A stretch of DNA of 64,000 nt from Terriglobales bacterium. GTDB taxonomy: Bacteria > Acidobacteriota > Terriglobia > Terriglobales > Acidobacteriaceae. Of this stretch, positions 39,908 through 50,907 are shown one piece after another. Under the pieces are notes generated by a model. The model was not told the DNA's origin. It saw only the letters and a list, made by a program, of their open reading frames with translations, and did no database searches. The translations under genes were made by a program, and so were the position numbers. The stretch's first letter is position 1. The number at the start of each line of letters is the position of its first letter. The stretch is taken from the NCBI GenBank assembly GCA_963788475.1, contig CAWBGO010000005.1:10505-74504 (forward strand), read 5' to 3'.

Positions 39908-40642
39908 ATGGATGCATTGTTCACTTCTTCCGGCCTGATTGCACTCATCACGTTGACGTTCCTTGAGATCGTGCTGGGAGTCGACAACGTCATCTTCATT
40001 TCGATTCTGTCGAGCAAGCTTCCAGGGTCTCAGCAAGGCCCGGCGCGGCGGATTGGACTGCTGGCCGCGATGGGGATGCGCATCCTGCTTTTGCTGTCGA
40101 TTGTCTGGATAATCAGGCTGACGGCTCCGCTGTTTGTGATTCTGGGGCGCCCCATCTCGGGACGGGACCTGATCCTGATGGGCGGTGGCCTGTTCCTGCT
40201 CGCGAAGGCGACGACTGAAATTCATGAGCGCCTGGAAGGCGAAGAAGGCCGCAGCACGGCGCGCGTGGGACCGTCATTTGCCGCTGTCATTCTTCAAATC
40301 GTATTGTTGGACATCATCTTTTCGCTTGATTCAGTCATTACTGCCGTCGGCATGGCGGAGGAAATCAGCATCATGGTTACAGCCGTGATCCTGGCCGTCT
40401 GCGTCATGATGTTTTCAGCCGCGCCCATCAGCGCCTTCGTGAATCGCCATCCGACGGTGAAAGTCCTCGCACTTTCGTTTTTACTGCTCATTGGCATTTC
40501 GCTGGTGGGCGAAGGGCTCGGCATGCACATACCGAAGGGCTATATCTACTTCGCGATGGGCTTCTCAGTTTTTGTAGAACTGATTAACCTGCGCGTTCGG
40601 AGAGTCGCTGTGCCGGTTCGCCTGCGTGAGCCGTACGTTTGA
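39908..40642 (+). CDS. TerC family membrane protein
   Basis: LEIVLGVDNVIFISI, GRDLIL..GGLFL, DIIFSLDSVITAVGM, HPTVK.LAL.FL, IPKGYIY. Confidence 0.94.
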   Translation: MDALFTSSGLIALITLTFLEIVLGVDNVIFISILSSKLPGSQQGPARRIGLLAAMGMRILLLLSIVWIIRLTAPLFVILGRPISGRDLILMGGGLFLLAKATTEIHERLEGEEGRSTARVGPSFAAVILQIVLLDIIFSLDSVITAVGMAEEISIMVTAVILAVCVMMFSAAPISAFVNRHPTVKVLALSFLLLIGISLVGEGLGMHIPKGYIYFAMGFSVFVELINLRVRRVAVPVRLREPYV

Positions 40643-40717
40643 GCGCTTGATTGGCGCCAACCAAAGAGGCTGGTTCCGCCGGGGGGTCAAACCGTGGCGG
40701 CAGCGCGTGCCTGACGA

Positions 40718-41513
40718 TCAGGGGTGTTGGGCGGCGTTCTGAAGGAAGAAGTATCCGGCGGTTACGAATCCGATCATGGCTACGGTCCAGCGCATCACCT
40801 TCTGGTTGACGCGAGGGCTGTAGCGCGCCGCCAGGTATCCGCCCAGGGCGGCCACCACGCCCATTTCCAGGCAGAACTGCCAGGCCACCCGCCGGGCGAG
40901 GATGAAACGTGATGGCGGGGATGCCGATCGAGACCGCCGCGGTCACCACTTTCAGCGCGTTCACCTCGTGGATGTTGTGGATCCCGCAGATGCCAAAGAG
41001 GGCCATGACCAGAAAGCCTCCTCCGGCTCCGAAATAGCCGACGTAGACGCTGACCACAACCATTCCCACCAGCAGCAATTTGTCGTAGCGGCGCCCGTCG
41101 GAGAGGGTGGAAAGCCATTTTCCCAGCGGAAAGCTCAGCATGAAAATGACGGCGGCGAACAGCAGCAGCCAGGGAAGCATGATGCGGAACCTCTGGTTGC
41201 CGGTCCGGAGGAGCAGAAATCCGCCCAGCCAGCCGCCGGCTCCGGAAGCCAGCGCGAGGGGCAGAAGACTCCAGCCGTAGGAGCGCAGCTGGCGGCGGAA
41301 GGCCACCAGCGAAGTGAGCTGGCCGGGCCACAAGGCCACCGTGTTTGTCGCCTGCGCGGTCACCGCGCCCACCCCCGCCACCGAGGTGCTGGCGATCAGT
41401 GCCGGCAGGGAAAGAAACGATCCGCCCCCGGCGATGGTGTTCAACACACCCGCAAAAAACGAAGCGGCCGGCAGCCAGATGTAGCGGAACAGGGGAAGAA
41501 CGAACGGGGCCAT
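40718..41513 (-). CDS. TauE/SafE sulfite-exporter family protein (frameshift near 40905)
   Basis: AGVLNTIAGGGSFLSLPAL, ATNTVAL, YVGYFGAGGG, NALK; C-terminus continues in another frame to ...AAQHP*. Confidence 0.85.
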
Positions 41514-41651
41514 GCCTCAATGTAACGAGTCAAGGCATAAAGAACCATAAAGGTTTACGGGATTCCAGCCGGGGCCGGTTGACTCTCAGCAAACTTCGCA
41601 CGGCTGCCGGGCTGATACACTCCCGCTAGAAGTCAAGCTGGAGTCTTGTCG

Positions 41652-42419
41652 ATGAAATCAACTGCTCTTGTCCTATGTCTCGCGGCTGCCGGGGCCGCAT
41701 ACGCTCAAACCGCAGCCAAGCCGTCAACGACCGCGGCCAAACCGGCCGCGACGGCACACCCCGCGGCAGCGGCGGCCAGCCCGGTGAAGTATCCTCCCGG
41801 GGTCACACCGTTTCCGGGCGTGCCCAAGACCGCTTTTTCGCTGCGGTACCAGGACATCAAGGTCGGCACCGGCGCGGATGCCGTGCCCATGAAGCTGTAC
41901 AAGGTGAAATATACCGGGTGGCGCGCGGCGGACGGAGTGGTCTTCGATTCATGGGACAAACATCCGACGCCGGTGACGGACAAGGACGGCAAGCCGGTCA
42001 CGGGCGAAGATGGAAAGCCCAAAACGAGCGCCCCCGAGCCGGCCAGCTTCCCGGTGGGCCTGGGACGCATGATTCCCGGCTTCGACCAGGGCTTTACGGG
42101 CATGAAGGTGGGCGGCAAGCGGCGTATTTTCATTCCGTGGCAGCTTGGGTACGGCGCCCGGGAAATGCCGGACCGGGGAACGGATCATCCCGGAATTCCC
42201 GCGAAGTCGGACCTGGTGTTTGATGTAGAGCTGATTGAGATGGCCGATCTGCCCAGCGCGCCGCCGGGCCATCCGGGTATGTCGGGAGGAGCTTCCGGGA
42301 TGCCGCCGGGGCATCCGGCCGCGCCTCCGGCCGGGGCTCCGGCCGGGGCCGGGGCTACGTCGCAGCCTTCTAGTCCGCCGCCTCCAAGTTCCTCAACGAC
42401 CCCGCCGCCGCAGAAGTAA
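41652..42419 (+). CDS. Exported FKBP-type peptidyl-prolyl isomerase with Pro-rich tail
   Basis: YQDIKVGTG, YTGW, FDS, IPGFDQG..GMKVGGKRRIFIP..LGYG, IPAKSDLVFDVEL. Confidence 0.92.
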   Translation: MKSTALVLCLAAAGAAYAQTAAKPSTTAAKPAATAHPAAAAASPVKYPPGVTPFPGVPKTAFSLRYQDIKVGTGADAVPMKLYKVKYTGWRAADGVVFDSWDKHPTPVTDKDGKPVTGEDGKPKTSAPEPASFPVGLGRMIPGFDQGFTGMKVGGKRRIFIPWQLGYGAREMPDRGTDHPGIPAKSDLVFDVELIEMADLPSAPPGHPGMSGGASGMPPGHPAAPPAGAPAGAGATSQPSSPPPPSSSTTPPPQK

Positions 42420-42435
42420 GGCGGAAGAGCGGAAT

Positions 42436-43253
42436 TCAAGCCGCGCCGGCAGGCGCCGTCCGTCCAGGCCGGCAGTTCCGGCGTGGCGGCCAGAAGCTGG
42501 CGCGTGTACGTCTCTCTCGGAGAAGCGCACACCGCCTCGGCGTCGCCGGTTTCGACCAGCCGCCCGTGCTGCATGACCGCAATCCGCGTGCTCAGATAGC
42601 GCACCAGGGGCATGGAGTGCGAAATGAACAGGTAAGCCTGGCCGTGTTCGCGCTGCAGGCGGCGCAGCAGGTTCACGATCTGGGCCCCGATACTGACATC
42701 GAGAGCGGACACCGGCTCGTCGAGAATCATGAGCCGGGGCCGGAGCGCGAGCGCCCGCGCGATGTTGATGCGCTGCCGCTGCCCGCCCGAGAACTCGTGC
42801 GGATGGCGCTCCAGGGCCGATTCGTCCATGCCCACTTCGCGCAGCAGCTCCACTGCCCGGGCGCGCAGGGCGGCGCGATTTCCGGCGCCGTCGATGCGGT
42901 GAATCACGAAGGGCTCGGTGACGATTTCCCGCACCGTCATGCGCGGATTGAGGGCGGCATAGGGATCCTGGAAGACGGGCTGCATCTGGCGGCGCAGGCG
43001 GCGCAGTTCCTCTCCCGAAGCGGCCGCGACGTCCACGCCATCGACCAGCACCCGGCCGGCGGTCGGCTTGACCAGCCCCAGGATCATGCGCGCGACGGTC
43101 GTCTTTCCCGACCCCGATTCGCCCACGAGGCCCAGGGTCTCTCCGGCCTCGATGGTGAGCGAGACGTTCTCGACCACGGGACGCAGCTCGGTGCGCAGCC
43201 CCACGCGCCGCGGATAGCTTTTGCTGACTGATTCGACCTCGCACCAGCGCCAT
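42436..43253 (-). CDS. Peptide ABC transporter ATP-binding protein (OppF/DppF-like); both ends affected by indels
   Basis: GLVGESGSGKTT, VFQDPY, PHEFSGGQRQR, ILDEPVSALD, FISH, YTRQLL; exact stop uncertain. Confidence 0.88.
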
Positions 43254-43279
43254 GGCCCAATCCTACATGCGTCCCATCT

Positions 43280-45176
43280 TCAATCGAGCTTGGGATGCAG
43301 CTTGTGGAAGCCGGTGGCGTCCTGGTAGGCGCGCGCAAAGGCGGCCAGCTTTGCATCCTGGTAGTGCCCGGCGAGGAAGGTGAGCGAAACCGGAGTGCCG
43401 GGGCCGCCGATGTTGTCGTCATCGCCGGAATCCGCCTTCGGCGGCGTTGGCGCATCGTTGCCGCGCAGACCGTTGGGCAGAATGATGGCGGGATGGCCGG
43501 TGAGGTTGGTGGCTACAAGCTGCACGCCGCTGGTGGGCGTGACGATGATGTCCACCTGCTCGAACAGCGCTGAAACCTGCTGGATGGCGAGCGTGCGGGC
43601 GCGGTTGGCCTGGATGTATTCGACGGCCGGATAGAAGCGGGCGACGCGGAATTCGTTGGGCCAGTCGTCGGCGCCCTGCTCGGTGAGCAGCTTGTCGCGG
43701 CCGGACAGGGTGAGGTCGTCGAAGGCGGCGGCGGCCTCGGCGCCGAGCAGCGGGGTCATGGCGCCGTAGGGCAGCTTGGGCAGTTCGACCGGGATCAGGT
43801 TCACGCCCATGGAGCGGAGCTTGTCGATCGCGGCCAGATCGTAGCGGCGGTCGTAGTCGCTGCGGGCGCGGCCGGCTTTGCGATCCTCGTTTTCCTTTTC
43901 GCGCTTCTTCTTTTCTTCGGCGGTTTCGGTGGCTGGGGCGTCTTTCAGTTCGAGCGGTTTGGGTGCGTCAAAGGCGCATTTCAGATAGCCGATGCGCAGC
44001 TTGTGCCAGTCGAAGCCCGGATTCCAGTCGAACGAGGCGGGATAGACAGACGCGTCCTTCCCGTCGGGACCATGAATCGCCTCGAGCACCAGCGCGCAGT
44101 CCTCGACGGAGCGGCAGATGGGGCCGAGCTTGTCCATGGTCCAGCTCAGGGCCATCGCGCCGGTGCGGGGGACGAAGCCGAACGTCGGGCGCAGGCCGGT
44201 GTCGCCGCAGCGCGTGCAGGGCGAGGAGATGGAGCCCAGCGTCTCCGAGCCGATGGCGAAGGCGACGCATCCCGCGGACACGGCGCTGGCCGAGCCGGCC
44301 GAGGATCCGCTCGAGCCTTGGTCGGGATTCCAGGGATTGCGCGTGCGGCCGCCGAACCACTTGTCGCCCATGGCCAGCGCGCCGAGCGTGAACTTGGCGA
44401 CCAGCACCGCGCCGGCGGCGTCGAGACGCTGGACGACGGTTGCGTCTTCATCGAAGGACTGATGCTCGAATCCGCCCGCGCCCCAGGTGGTCGGATAGCC
44501 CTTGACGGCGAGCAGGTCTTTCGCGCCCCAGGGAATGCCGTGCAGCGGGCCGCGATATTTGCCGGCGGCGATTTCGGCGTCGGCGGCTTTGGCCTGCGCG
44601 AGGGCGCGATCTTCGGTGAGGGTGATGACGAAGTGGAGCTTTGAGTCGTAACGCTTGAGGCGATCGAGGTACATCTGGGTGAGGGCGAGCGAAGTGATCT
44701 TGCGAGTTTGCAGAAGGAGGCCCAAATCCTGGACAGTAGCGAACGCGACATCCTCGATCCGTGCCGGGGTGTCCGGGAATGTGAAACGGGACGCCGCCGG
44801 CTTCGCTTCTGACTTCCGTCTTGCATGGATCGTCCGCGTCGCCGGCAATCGGCTTCGCCGGCGGCAGGGGATGAAATACATACGCCGGCGGCACGGAATT
44901 CGGAATCTTCAGCTTGCGGATGGCCTTGCACGAGCCGTTCTGATCGACCAGCCCGTCGATCATCATCTGCTTCTGCTCGGCGGTGAACGGGCCGATGCCG
45001 GCGAGGATCGCCGCCTGGTCGATCATCTCCGGCGTGATCTTCGGCGGCTTGGACTGGTCTGTGTTGGGAGACTCCTGGGCCTGCACGGCGAGGGTGTAGA
45101 GAACGCCGGGAAACAAGGCCGACGTGATGCCCGCGCGGCTGCAGGCGGTGAGAAAGCCGCGACGATCGAGTGTCAT
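43280..45176 (-). CDS. Amidase-signature family protein with Tat signal (frameshifts near 44810-44880)
   Basis: DRRGFL, GPLHGIPWGAKD, GSSGSSAGSA, IGSETLGSISSP, GLRPTFG, SWTMDKLGP, NLTGHP. Confidence 0.92.
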
Positions 45177-45387
45177 CTGTCGAGTCCTTAAGGGGGAATG
45201 GCCTCTCGGAAACTATAGCGGAGCCGGCATCAGGCGTGAGCTTACCTCCTGATTTCCGAATTGCCGCAAAAATGTGATTCAGCACAGTAGAGTGATGCTT
45301 ATAGCCGCGCCGGCGGGTGTTCGTTCTGCTTGCGACGATGGGGCTTTGCTGTGTTCAATCCCACGCACCAGGAAAAGAGATGGAGTG

Positions 45388-46134
45388 ATGAAGCGATTTG
45401 GGTGGAGATTCGCGGTTGCGCTCGCAGCCTGCCTGGTGCCCGCGATGGCGGCGGCCCAGTCGACGTGTTCACCGACCGGTATGATCAAGCTCCACAACGG
45501 CCTGTACAACTTCCAGATGAACGAGAACGACTCCTCACTCCAGGAGTGCGCGACGGTGAACGGGGTTGGTTTCACGATTACGACTGCGGCTTTTCGCAAT
45601 GCTACGAATGGCCCGCCGGCGGCGTATACGTCGATTTACCGGGGATGCCACTGGGGCGCATGCACGAGTTCGAATCCATTTCCAATCCAGGAGCGCAATG
45701 TCGCTTCGGCTACCAGCAGCGTGAGCTTCACCCAACCCTCCGGCCACAACAACAATGCAGCCTACGATATCTGGTTCAATCAGACCCCTGCGACATCCGG
45801 TCAGCCCAAGGGCACTGAGATGATGATCTGGCTGAATCATCAAGGAGTGATTCAACCCTTCGGTTCGCTGGCGGCTACGGTAGCAATTGATGGCGCGCAG
45901 TACGCGGTGTGGACCGGGAACCAGAGTGCGTGGAGGATCGTCACCTATGTCGCCACCTCTCCGGTCACTTCGGTCACGAACCTGAACCTTGTGCCGTTCT
46001 TTGAGGATGCGGTCTCGCGCCGAAGTCTCGATTCATCGTGGTGGCTGATCGATGTGGAGTTCGGCTTTGAAATCTGGACGGGCGGCAAGGGATTGGCGAT
46101 GTCGAACTTCAACGTGAGCGCGGCGGCGCGCTAA
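45388..46134 (+). CDS. Secreted GH12 endoglucanase
   Basis: Signal peptide, GCHWG, NAAYDIW, GTEMMIW (nucleophile Glu), FGFEIW (acid/base Glu). Confidence 0.88.
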   Translation: MKRFGWRFAVALAACLVPAMAAAQSTCSPTGMIKLHNGLYNFQMNENDSSLQECATVNGVGFTITTAAFRNATNGPPAAYTSIYRGCHWGACTSSNPFPIQERNVASATSSVSFTQPSGHNNNAAYDIWFNQTPATSGQPKGTEMMIWLNHQGVIQPFGSLAATVAIDGAQYAVWTGNQSAWRIVTYVATSPVTSVTNLNLVPFFEDAVSRRSLDSSWWLIDVEFGFEIWTGGKGLAMSNFNVSAAAR

Positions 46135-46184
46135 GGCAGCGGCGCTGTTCTCAGCAAGTCAGCGCCGGTGCGCCGGTGTAGCTG

Positions 46185-47726
46185 TCAGGTGGTCAGCCGG
46201 TCGGGCGAGATGGCCAGCAGGGGACAAAGATCAACCGCGGTACGACCCTTGCCGGTGACTGAAACCTCGACTTCGGTTTCGCCCGGCTTGAGCGTATAGA
46301 CGCGGCTGGTAATCGCTTCGCGTCCGCCAATGAACGATTCGATCACCGATCCATCGAGGAAGATGCGGAGGGTGGGGCGCGGCCAGGGAAGCGAAGGAAG
46401 CGGGATGCCGATCTCGCCGCAGTGAATGGAGTCGCCGGGGACGTTGACCGCCAGTTGCCAGGCTTCGGTCCCGCTCACCAGCAGACGCACCGTGACGATA
46501 CGCGCCGAGAAGTCGATGGGGACGCGCAGTTCGTAGCGCAGCTCCGCGAGCTTGGTTCGGAAGGGAGTGGCGGAGTCAATGTCGGTTTTCTGGGCGGTTC
46601 CGCGCAGCTTCTCCACTTCCGGGGCGGGGTGCATTTCGAGCTGGCCCTGTTCGCCCACGCTCAGCACGCGGGGCAGCGACATGCAGCCCGACCAGCCCGC
46701 CGCGGCAAACTCGGCCTCGGGACGGGTTTCCCGGATCCAGCCCCACAGGATGCGACGGCCATCAGGAGCGAGAAAGGTCTTGGGCGCGTAATAGGCGCCG
46801 TGGTCGAGCACGCCCGACCGCCGGGGGTTGTAGGTATGCGCGGCGGGGTCGTAATCGCCGGTCGTCCAGATCACCTTGTTCTCGGTGGAGTAGTGAAGAT
46901 AGTGGACCTTGCCGAGGGGAAAGAAGTCGGGGCACTCCCACATCTCCCCGGTGTCGCAGGGATTGGCGGCCTGCTTGCCGTTGGGGACTCCGGAGGCCAG
47001 CGGATGCAGATACTCCCATTTGCGGAGGTCCTGCGACCGGTAGAGCAGCACGCACCCCCCCTTGCCGCGCTCGCCGGATCCCACGCCGACGTACCAGCCG
47101 TCGGCTTCTTTCCACGGACATGGATCGCGGAAGCCGGTCACCTGCATGCCCGGCGGAGGCGTGGCAATCACCGGTGTCTCGAGCTTCTTCCAGCGCAGCA
47201 GGCCGTCGTCTTCGGCGGTGGCGAGCATCTGCGTCTCGCGCAGCTTGTCGCTGCCGTCGCGAATCGTCACCTGGGCAGGCGGCGCGTTCTGAACCCCGGT
47301 GTAGATAAAGGTTGGGACGCCGTTGTAAACGACGGCCGAGCCGCTGAAGCAGCCTTCGCTGTCGGCTCCGCCGGGCGTGGGAGACAGCGCGATGGGCTCA
47401 TGGTGCCAGTGGACCATGTCGGGGCTGACGGCGTGGCCCCAGTGCATGTCGCCCCATACCGCGGCGTGCGGATTGAGCTGGTAGAAGAGGTGGTACTTGC
47501 CCTTCCACCAGATGGGACCATTGGGATCGTTCATCCAGTTGTGGGGCGGAAGCAGGTGGCAGGAGGGGCGCAGCGGGTCGTGGGCAATGTCAGGGCCGGC
47601 CGGTGACGTTGGGCCGGCAAGTGCGGCGGAGTTTTCACCTCCGAAGGCTCGCTGACGGCAGGCCAAGGCGGCGGCTGAGCCCAGCGCAGCGAGGAATTTC
47701 CGGCGGTCGAAGGGTTGTGCTTTCAT
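46185..47726 (-). CDS. GH32 beta-fructosidase with Tat signal
   Basis: DRRKFL, WMNDPNG, MHWGHAVS, CFSGS, FRDP, MWECPDFF, YAP. Confidence 0.95.
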   Translation of the reverse strand: MKAQPFDRRKFLAALGSAAALACRQRAFGGENSAALAGPTSPAGPDIAHDPLRPSCHLLPPHNWMNDPNGPIWWKGKYHLFYQLNPHAAVWGDMHWGHAVSPDMVHWHHEPIALSPTPGGADSEGCFSGSAVVYNGVPTFIYTGVQNAPPAQVTIRDGSDKLRETQMLATAEDDGLLRWKKLETPVIATPPPGMQVTGFRDPCPWKEADGWYVGVGSGERGKGGCVLLYRSQDLRKWEYLHPLASGVPNGKQAANPCDTGEMWECPDFFPLGKVHYLHYSTENKVIWTTGDYDPAAHTYNPRRSGVLDHGAYYAPKTFLAPDGRRILWGWIRETRPEAEFAAAGWSGCMSLPRVLSVGEQGQLEMHPAPEVEKLRGTAQKTDIDSATPFRTKLAELRYELRVPIDFSARIVTVRLLVSGTEAWQLAVNVPGDSIHCGEIGIPLPSLPWPRPTLRIFLDGSVIESFIGGREAITSRVYTLKPGETEVEVSVTGKGRTAVDLCPLLAISPDRLTT

Positions 47727-47832
47727 CAGGGCCGCCTCATCCGGGGTTCTCGCGAAGACATTCTAATGTAGTGACTCAATGATTGAATCCATTTTCAGCA
47801 TCCCGCCAGGATCGAGACTACTGGACCGGCAT

Positions 47833-47897
47833 TCCCTCAGGGGCTAAAACCCTCCTGATTCTGCCCGGGTCACGTACGGGCTAAAGCCCGTACCTTC
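47833..47897. repeat. Family-B paired REP overlapping the mmuM stop codon
   Basis: CCCTCAGGGGCTAAAACCC ... GTACGGGCTAAAGCCCGTAC (47874-47893). Confidence 0.85.
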
Positions 47898-48826
47898 CAT
47901 CCGCGACCTGGCGGATGTGTTCGGGGCGCGTCCGGCAACATCCTCCGACTATCTGCGCACCTGCGACGAACCACTCACGCGCCAGAGATCCATAGCCTGA
48001 CGGATCAGTTGCTGCCCGTCCAGGTCCGCCGTACCGCATCCCAGCCCTCGCCGGAGTTGGGGTAGACAATCACTGGCAGGCTGGTGGCGGCGCGCAGTTC
48101 GTGAATCAAGGAAGGAATGAACTGCGGCGATGTGCAGTTCACTCCGATGGCAATGGTCTGCGGAAATCCAGCCACGGCTGCGGCGCAATCGCTGAGCCGC
48201 TCGCCGTGAGCGACGTGCTCGCCGTCGCGGCACGTGAAACTGAACCATGCCGAAAGCTCCGGCCGGCCGGCGAGCGCCTCGCCGATGGCCTGCGCTTCAT
48301 CGAGCGAGGGGAGCGTTTCGAAGGCCAGCAGGTCGGGCCGTTCCGCTCCGCTCGCGCCGGCCAGAACCTCGATCCGATCGCGGTGGAACTCGACCAATTC
48401 CGCGTGGGTGAGGGCGTAGTTGCCGTGGTATTCGGCGCCGTTGTGCAGTGCGGCACCGTAGGGCCCGAGCGACGCCGCGATGACGATTCGGCGGCCCGGG
48501 AAAGCATCCGCGGCCTCGCGAGCAAGCGCCAGCGATCGGAGAAGCGCGGCATCGGCCTGCTCTGGCCGAAGTCCGATTTCCGCGTAACCCATCCGCGAGA
48601 CCTGGTAGCTCGCGGTCTCGATGCAGTCCGCTCCGGCCTCGATATAGGCTCGATGCACGGCTACGATTTTTTCCGGGGCTTCCTCCAGCACGTGTGCCGA
48701 CCAGAGCGGCCCATCGATGCGGGCTCCCACGTATTCAAGCTCCGAGGCCAGGCCGCCATCGAGCACATGAATGCCGTCCAGGATCGAAGTTCTGATCGAA
48801 GCGCCCATGTCGACTGTTTGTGGCAT
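47881..48826 (-). CDS. mmuM: Homocysteine S-methyltransferase (frameshift near 48010-48030)
   Basis: LDGGLASELE, LWSA, TASYQ, ASLGPYGA.L..GAEY.G, AFETLP, GVNC, YPNSGE.WD, IVGGCC. Confidence 0.92.
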
Positions 48827-48890
48827 TGAGTCATCCTAGTCGAGCATCGAGTTGTCCCGACCCAAGGTCGGATGAAAAAGAATGGTTTGG

Positions 48891-48942
48891 GTTCGTGGTT
48901 TCGCACCCTTTCGACAGAAAAAACTCGAAAGGATGGGCACGG
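48891..48942 (+). repeat. Family-A palindromic repeat
   Basis: GTTCGTGGTTTCGCACCCTTTCGA-CAGAAAAAAC-TCGAAAGGATGGGCACGG. Confidence 0.8.
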
Positions 48943-48997
48943 AGCATTTGTTTCTCTTGAGCGCCTGACTGACACCTGCCCCACTACAATCGCATTC

Positions 48998-50269
48998 ATG
49001 AGTGGTGCTCTGCCCAGTTATGAGGAAGCGGCGGCTATTGTCGCTGAACGCGCCGCCGACCTTGCCCGGCGACCCGAAACCGAACGAATCGAGCTTGAAG
49101 AAGCAGGCGGGCGGATTCTTGCCGAGCCGCTGCATGCGGATCGCGACCAGCCGCCTTTTCCCCGCTCCACCCGCGATGGCTTTGCCTGCCGTGCCGCCGA
49201 AGCGTCGACCCACAAGCTGCTGAAAGTTGCGGGGTCGATCCAGGCGGGCCAGCCTCCGGCGGGTCCGCTGCCGGCGAGTTCGGCGTGGGAGATCATGACC
49301 GGGGCTTCGGTTCCGGCGGGCGCCGATGCGGTGGCTATGCTGGAACACGTCGAACGCACCGGCAAAGCGCCAGGCAAAATCCGGCTTCGGGAGCCTCGCA
49401 TTCTGGAGCCCGGCGAAAACGTCGTTCGCCAGGGGGCTGAAGCCCTGGCCGGAGACGAAATCCTGCCGGCGGGACTGCGCCTTGGCCCGCAGCACATCGC
49501 TTTGGCGGCCGCCTGCGGTCATGCGGCAGTCAAGGTCTTCAGGCGTCCTCACGTGGCCATTCTCACGACCGGCGATGAGCTTGTTCCCGTGGCCTCTGTC
49601 CCGGGCCCGGGCAAGATTCGCAACTCCAACGGAATCATGCTGGCGGCGCTCGTGGCAGAGGCCGGCGGGTTGCCCTGGCTTCTACCCACGGCCCGGGACA
49701 GCGACAGCGCTCTCGATGAAGCGCTGCATGCGGGTGTGGCTGCCGATCTCCTGCTGATTACCGGGGGCGTCTCCGCGGGAAAGTTTGACCTGGTGGAGCC
49801 TGCCCTGGCCAGGATCGGCGCGCGCTGCCACTTCACCGGGGTCCGCATCCAGCCGGGCAAACCGCTGGTGTTCGGCGAGGTGGTCCAGGACGTTGCGACA
49901 CGCGCCGGACGAACATCGCTAAAGAGGTTGCCGTTCTTCGGATTGCCCGGGAATCCCATCTCGTCGGCTTGTACCTTTCTCCTGTTTGGCACCCAGATCC
50001 TGGGTGCACTGTCGGGCGGGCAGTCCAGGCCGCGCTTTGCCCTGGCGCATCTCGCCAAGGAGATCAAAGGCAAGCCCGACCTCACGCGCTTTGTACCCTC
50101 GTTTTGCAATTTCAACCCACCGGGCGGGCAGCCTCCCGAGGTCCGAGCGGTACATTCACAGGGTTCGGGTGATCTTACCTCCTTCTCGCGTTCCAACTGT
50201 TTTCTTGTCGTGCCCGAAGGGACCGACCGGCTCAAGGCGGGCGCGACTGTCCGTATCCTTCTGTTCTAA
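48998..50269 (+). CDS. moeA: Molybdopterin molybdotransferase
   Basis: PPFPRSTRDGFA, IMTGA.VP.GADAV, ILTTGDEL, ITGGVSAG, IQPGKP, FGLPGNP, QGSGDL. Confidence 0.95.
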   Translation: MSGALPSYEEAAAIVAERAADLARRPETERIELEEAGGRILAEPLHADRDQPPFPRSTRDGFACRAAEASTHKLLKVAGSIQAGQPPAGPLPASSAWEIMTGASVPAGADAVAMLEHVERTGKAPGKIRLREPRILEPGENVVRQGAEALAGDEILPAGLRLGPQHIALAAACGHAAVKVFRRPHVAILTTGDELVPVASVPGPGKIRNSNGIMLAALVAEAGGLPWLLPTARDSDSALDEALHAGVAADLLLITGGVSAGKFDLVEPALARIGARCHFTGVRIQPGKPLVFGEVVQDVATRAGRTSLKRLPFFGLPGNPISSACTFLLFGTQILGALSGGQSRPRFALAHLAKEIKGKPDLTRFVPSFCNFNPPGGQPPEVRAVHSQGSGDLTSFSRSNCFLVVPEGTDRLKAGATVRILLF

Positions 50270-50278
50270 GGAAACTTC

Positions 50279-50770
50279 ATGCCTGAATCTGCGCAGCCAC
50301 GACTCTCTCATTACGACGAAACAGGACAGGCCGGCATGGTCGATGTCAGCGGCAAGCAGCCGACACGCCGCACGGCCACGGCTTCCGCTTTTGTGGAGCT
50401 TTCGGCGGCCGTGGTCGCAGCGCTGCCTGAAAATCCCAAGGGAGATCCGCTTGAAGTGGCCCGGTTTGCCGGGATCCAGGCGGCCAAGCGCACCGCCGAC
50501 CTCATTCCGATGTGCCATCCGCTCCCGCTTACGCATGTGGATGTGCAGGCCTCGATTGAAGGGGATGGCGTGCGCATCACTGCGACCGTCTCGACCGTTG
50601 GCGTGACCGGGGTGGAGATGGAGGCGCTGACGGCGGCGTCGGTAGCGGCCTTGACGGTCTACGACATGACCAAGGCTCTGGACAAGGCTATCGTGATCCG
50701 GAATGTGCAGCTGGAAAGGAAGACGGGGGGCAAGAGCGGGGATTACTCACGCAAGGGCGGCCGGGTGTAG
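50279..50770 (+). CDS. moaC: Cyclic pyranopterin monophosphate synthase
   Basis: LSH.D..G...[42 protein letters not shown]. Confidence 0.96.
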   Translation: MPESAQPRLSHYDETGQAGMVDVSGKQPTRRTATASAFVELSAAVVAALPENPKGDPLEVARFAGIQAAKRTADLIPMCHPLPLTHVDVQASIEGDGVRITATVSTVGVTGVEMEALTAASVAALTVYDMTKALDKAIVIRNVQLERKTGGKSGDYSRKGGRV

Positions 50771-50788
50771 GCGGAGGACCGGCCGAAT

Positions 50789-50874
50789 TTCGTGCTTCCC
50801 AGGTCTCTAAAAACGTGGAGACCTACACCCACTGGCCGAAGACCGGCCTGTGGGGACCCCGAATCTGGTGCACC
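50789..50874 (+). repeat. Family-A repeat with a 36-bp second repeat nested in its right arm
   Basis: TTCGTGCTTCCCAGGTCTC...GAGACCT[A-CACCC...GGGGACCCCG-AAT]CTGGTGCACC. Confidence 0.65.
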
Positions 50875-50907
50875 TGGCGCAAAGGGAGTCTGCACTTTTG
50901 TGCGGGC

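Noticed and set aside
40649-40672. ATTGGCGCCAACCAAAGAGGC resembling 28648-28669 as the far boundary of the accessory block
   Set aside because: Short gapped similarity; suggestive, but not supportable without comparative genomes.
42185-42435. ABC ATPase with a long Gly/Pro C-terminal extension overlapping the FKBP gene
   Set aside because: The extension is the antisense of the FKBP Pro-rich tail; probable read-through caused by an indel.
47784-47797. TGAATCCATTTTCA as a LacI operator upstream of GH32
   Set aside because: It lacks the central CG typical of LacI-family sites.
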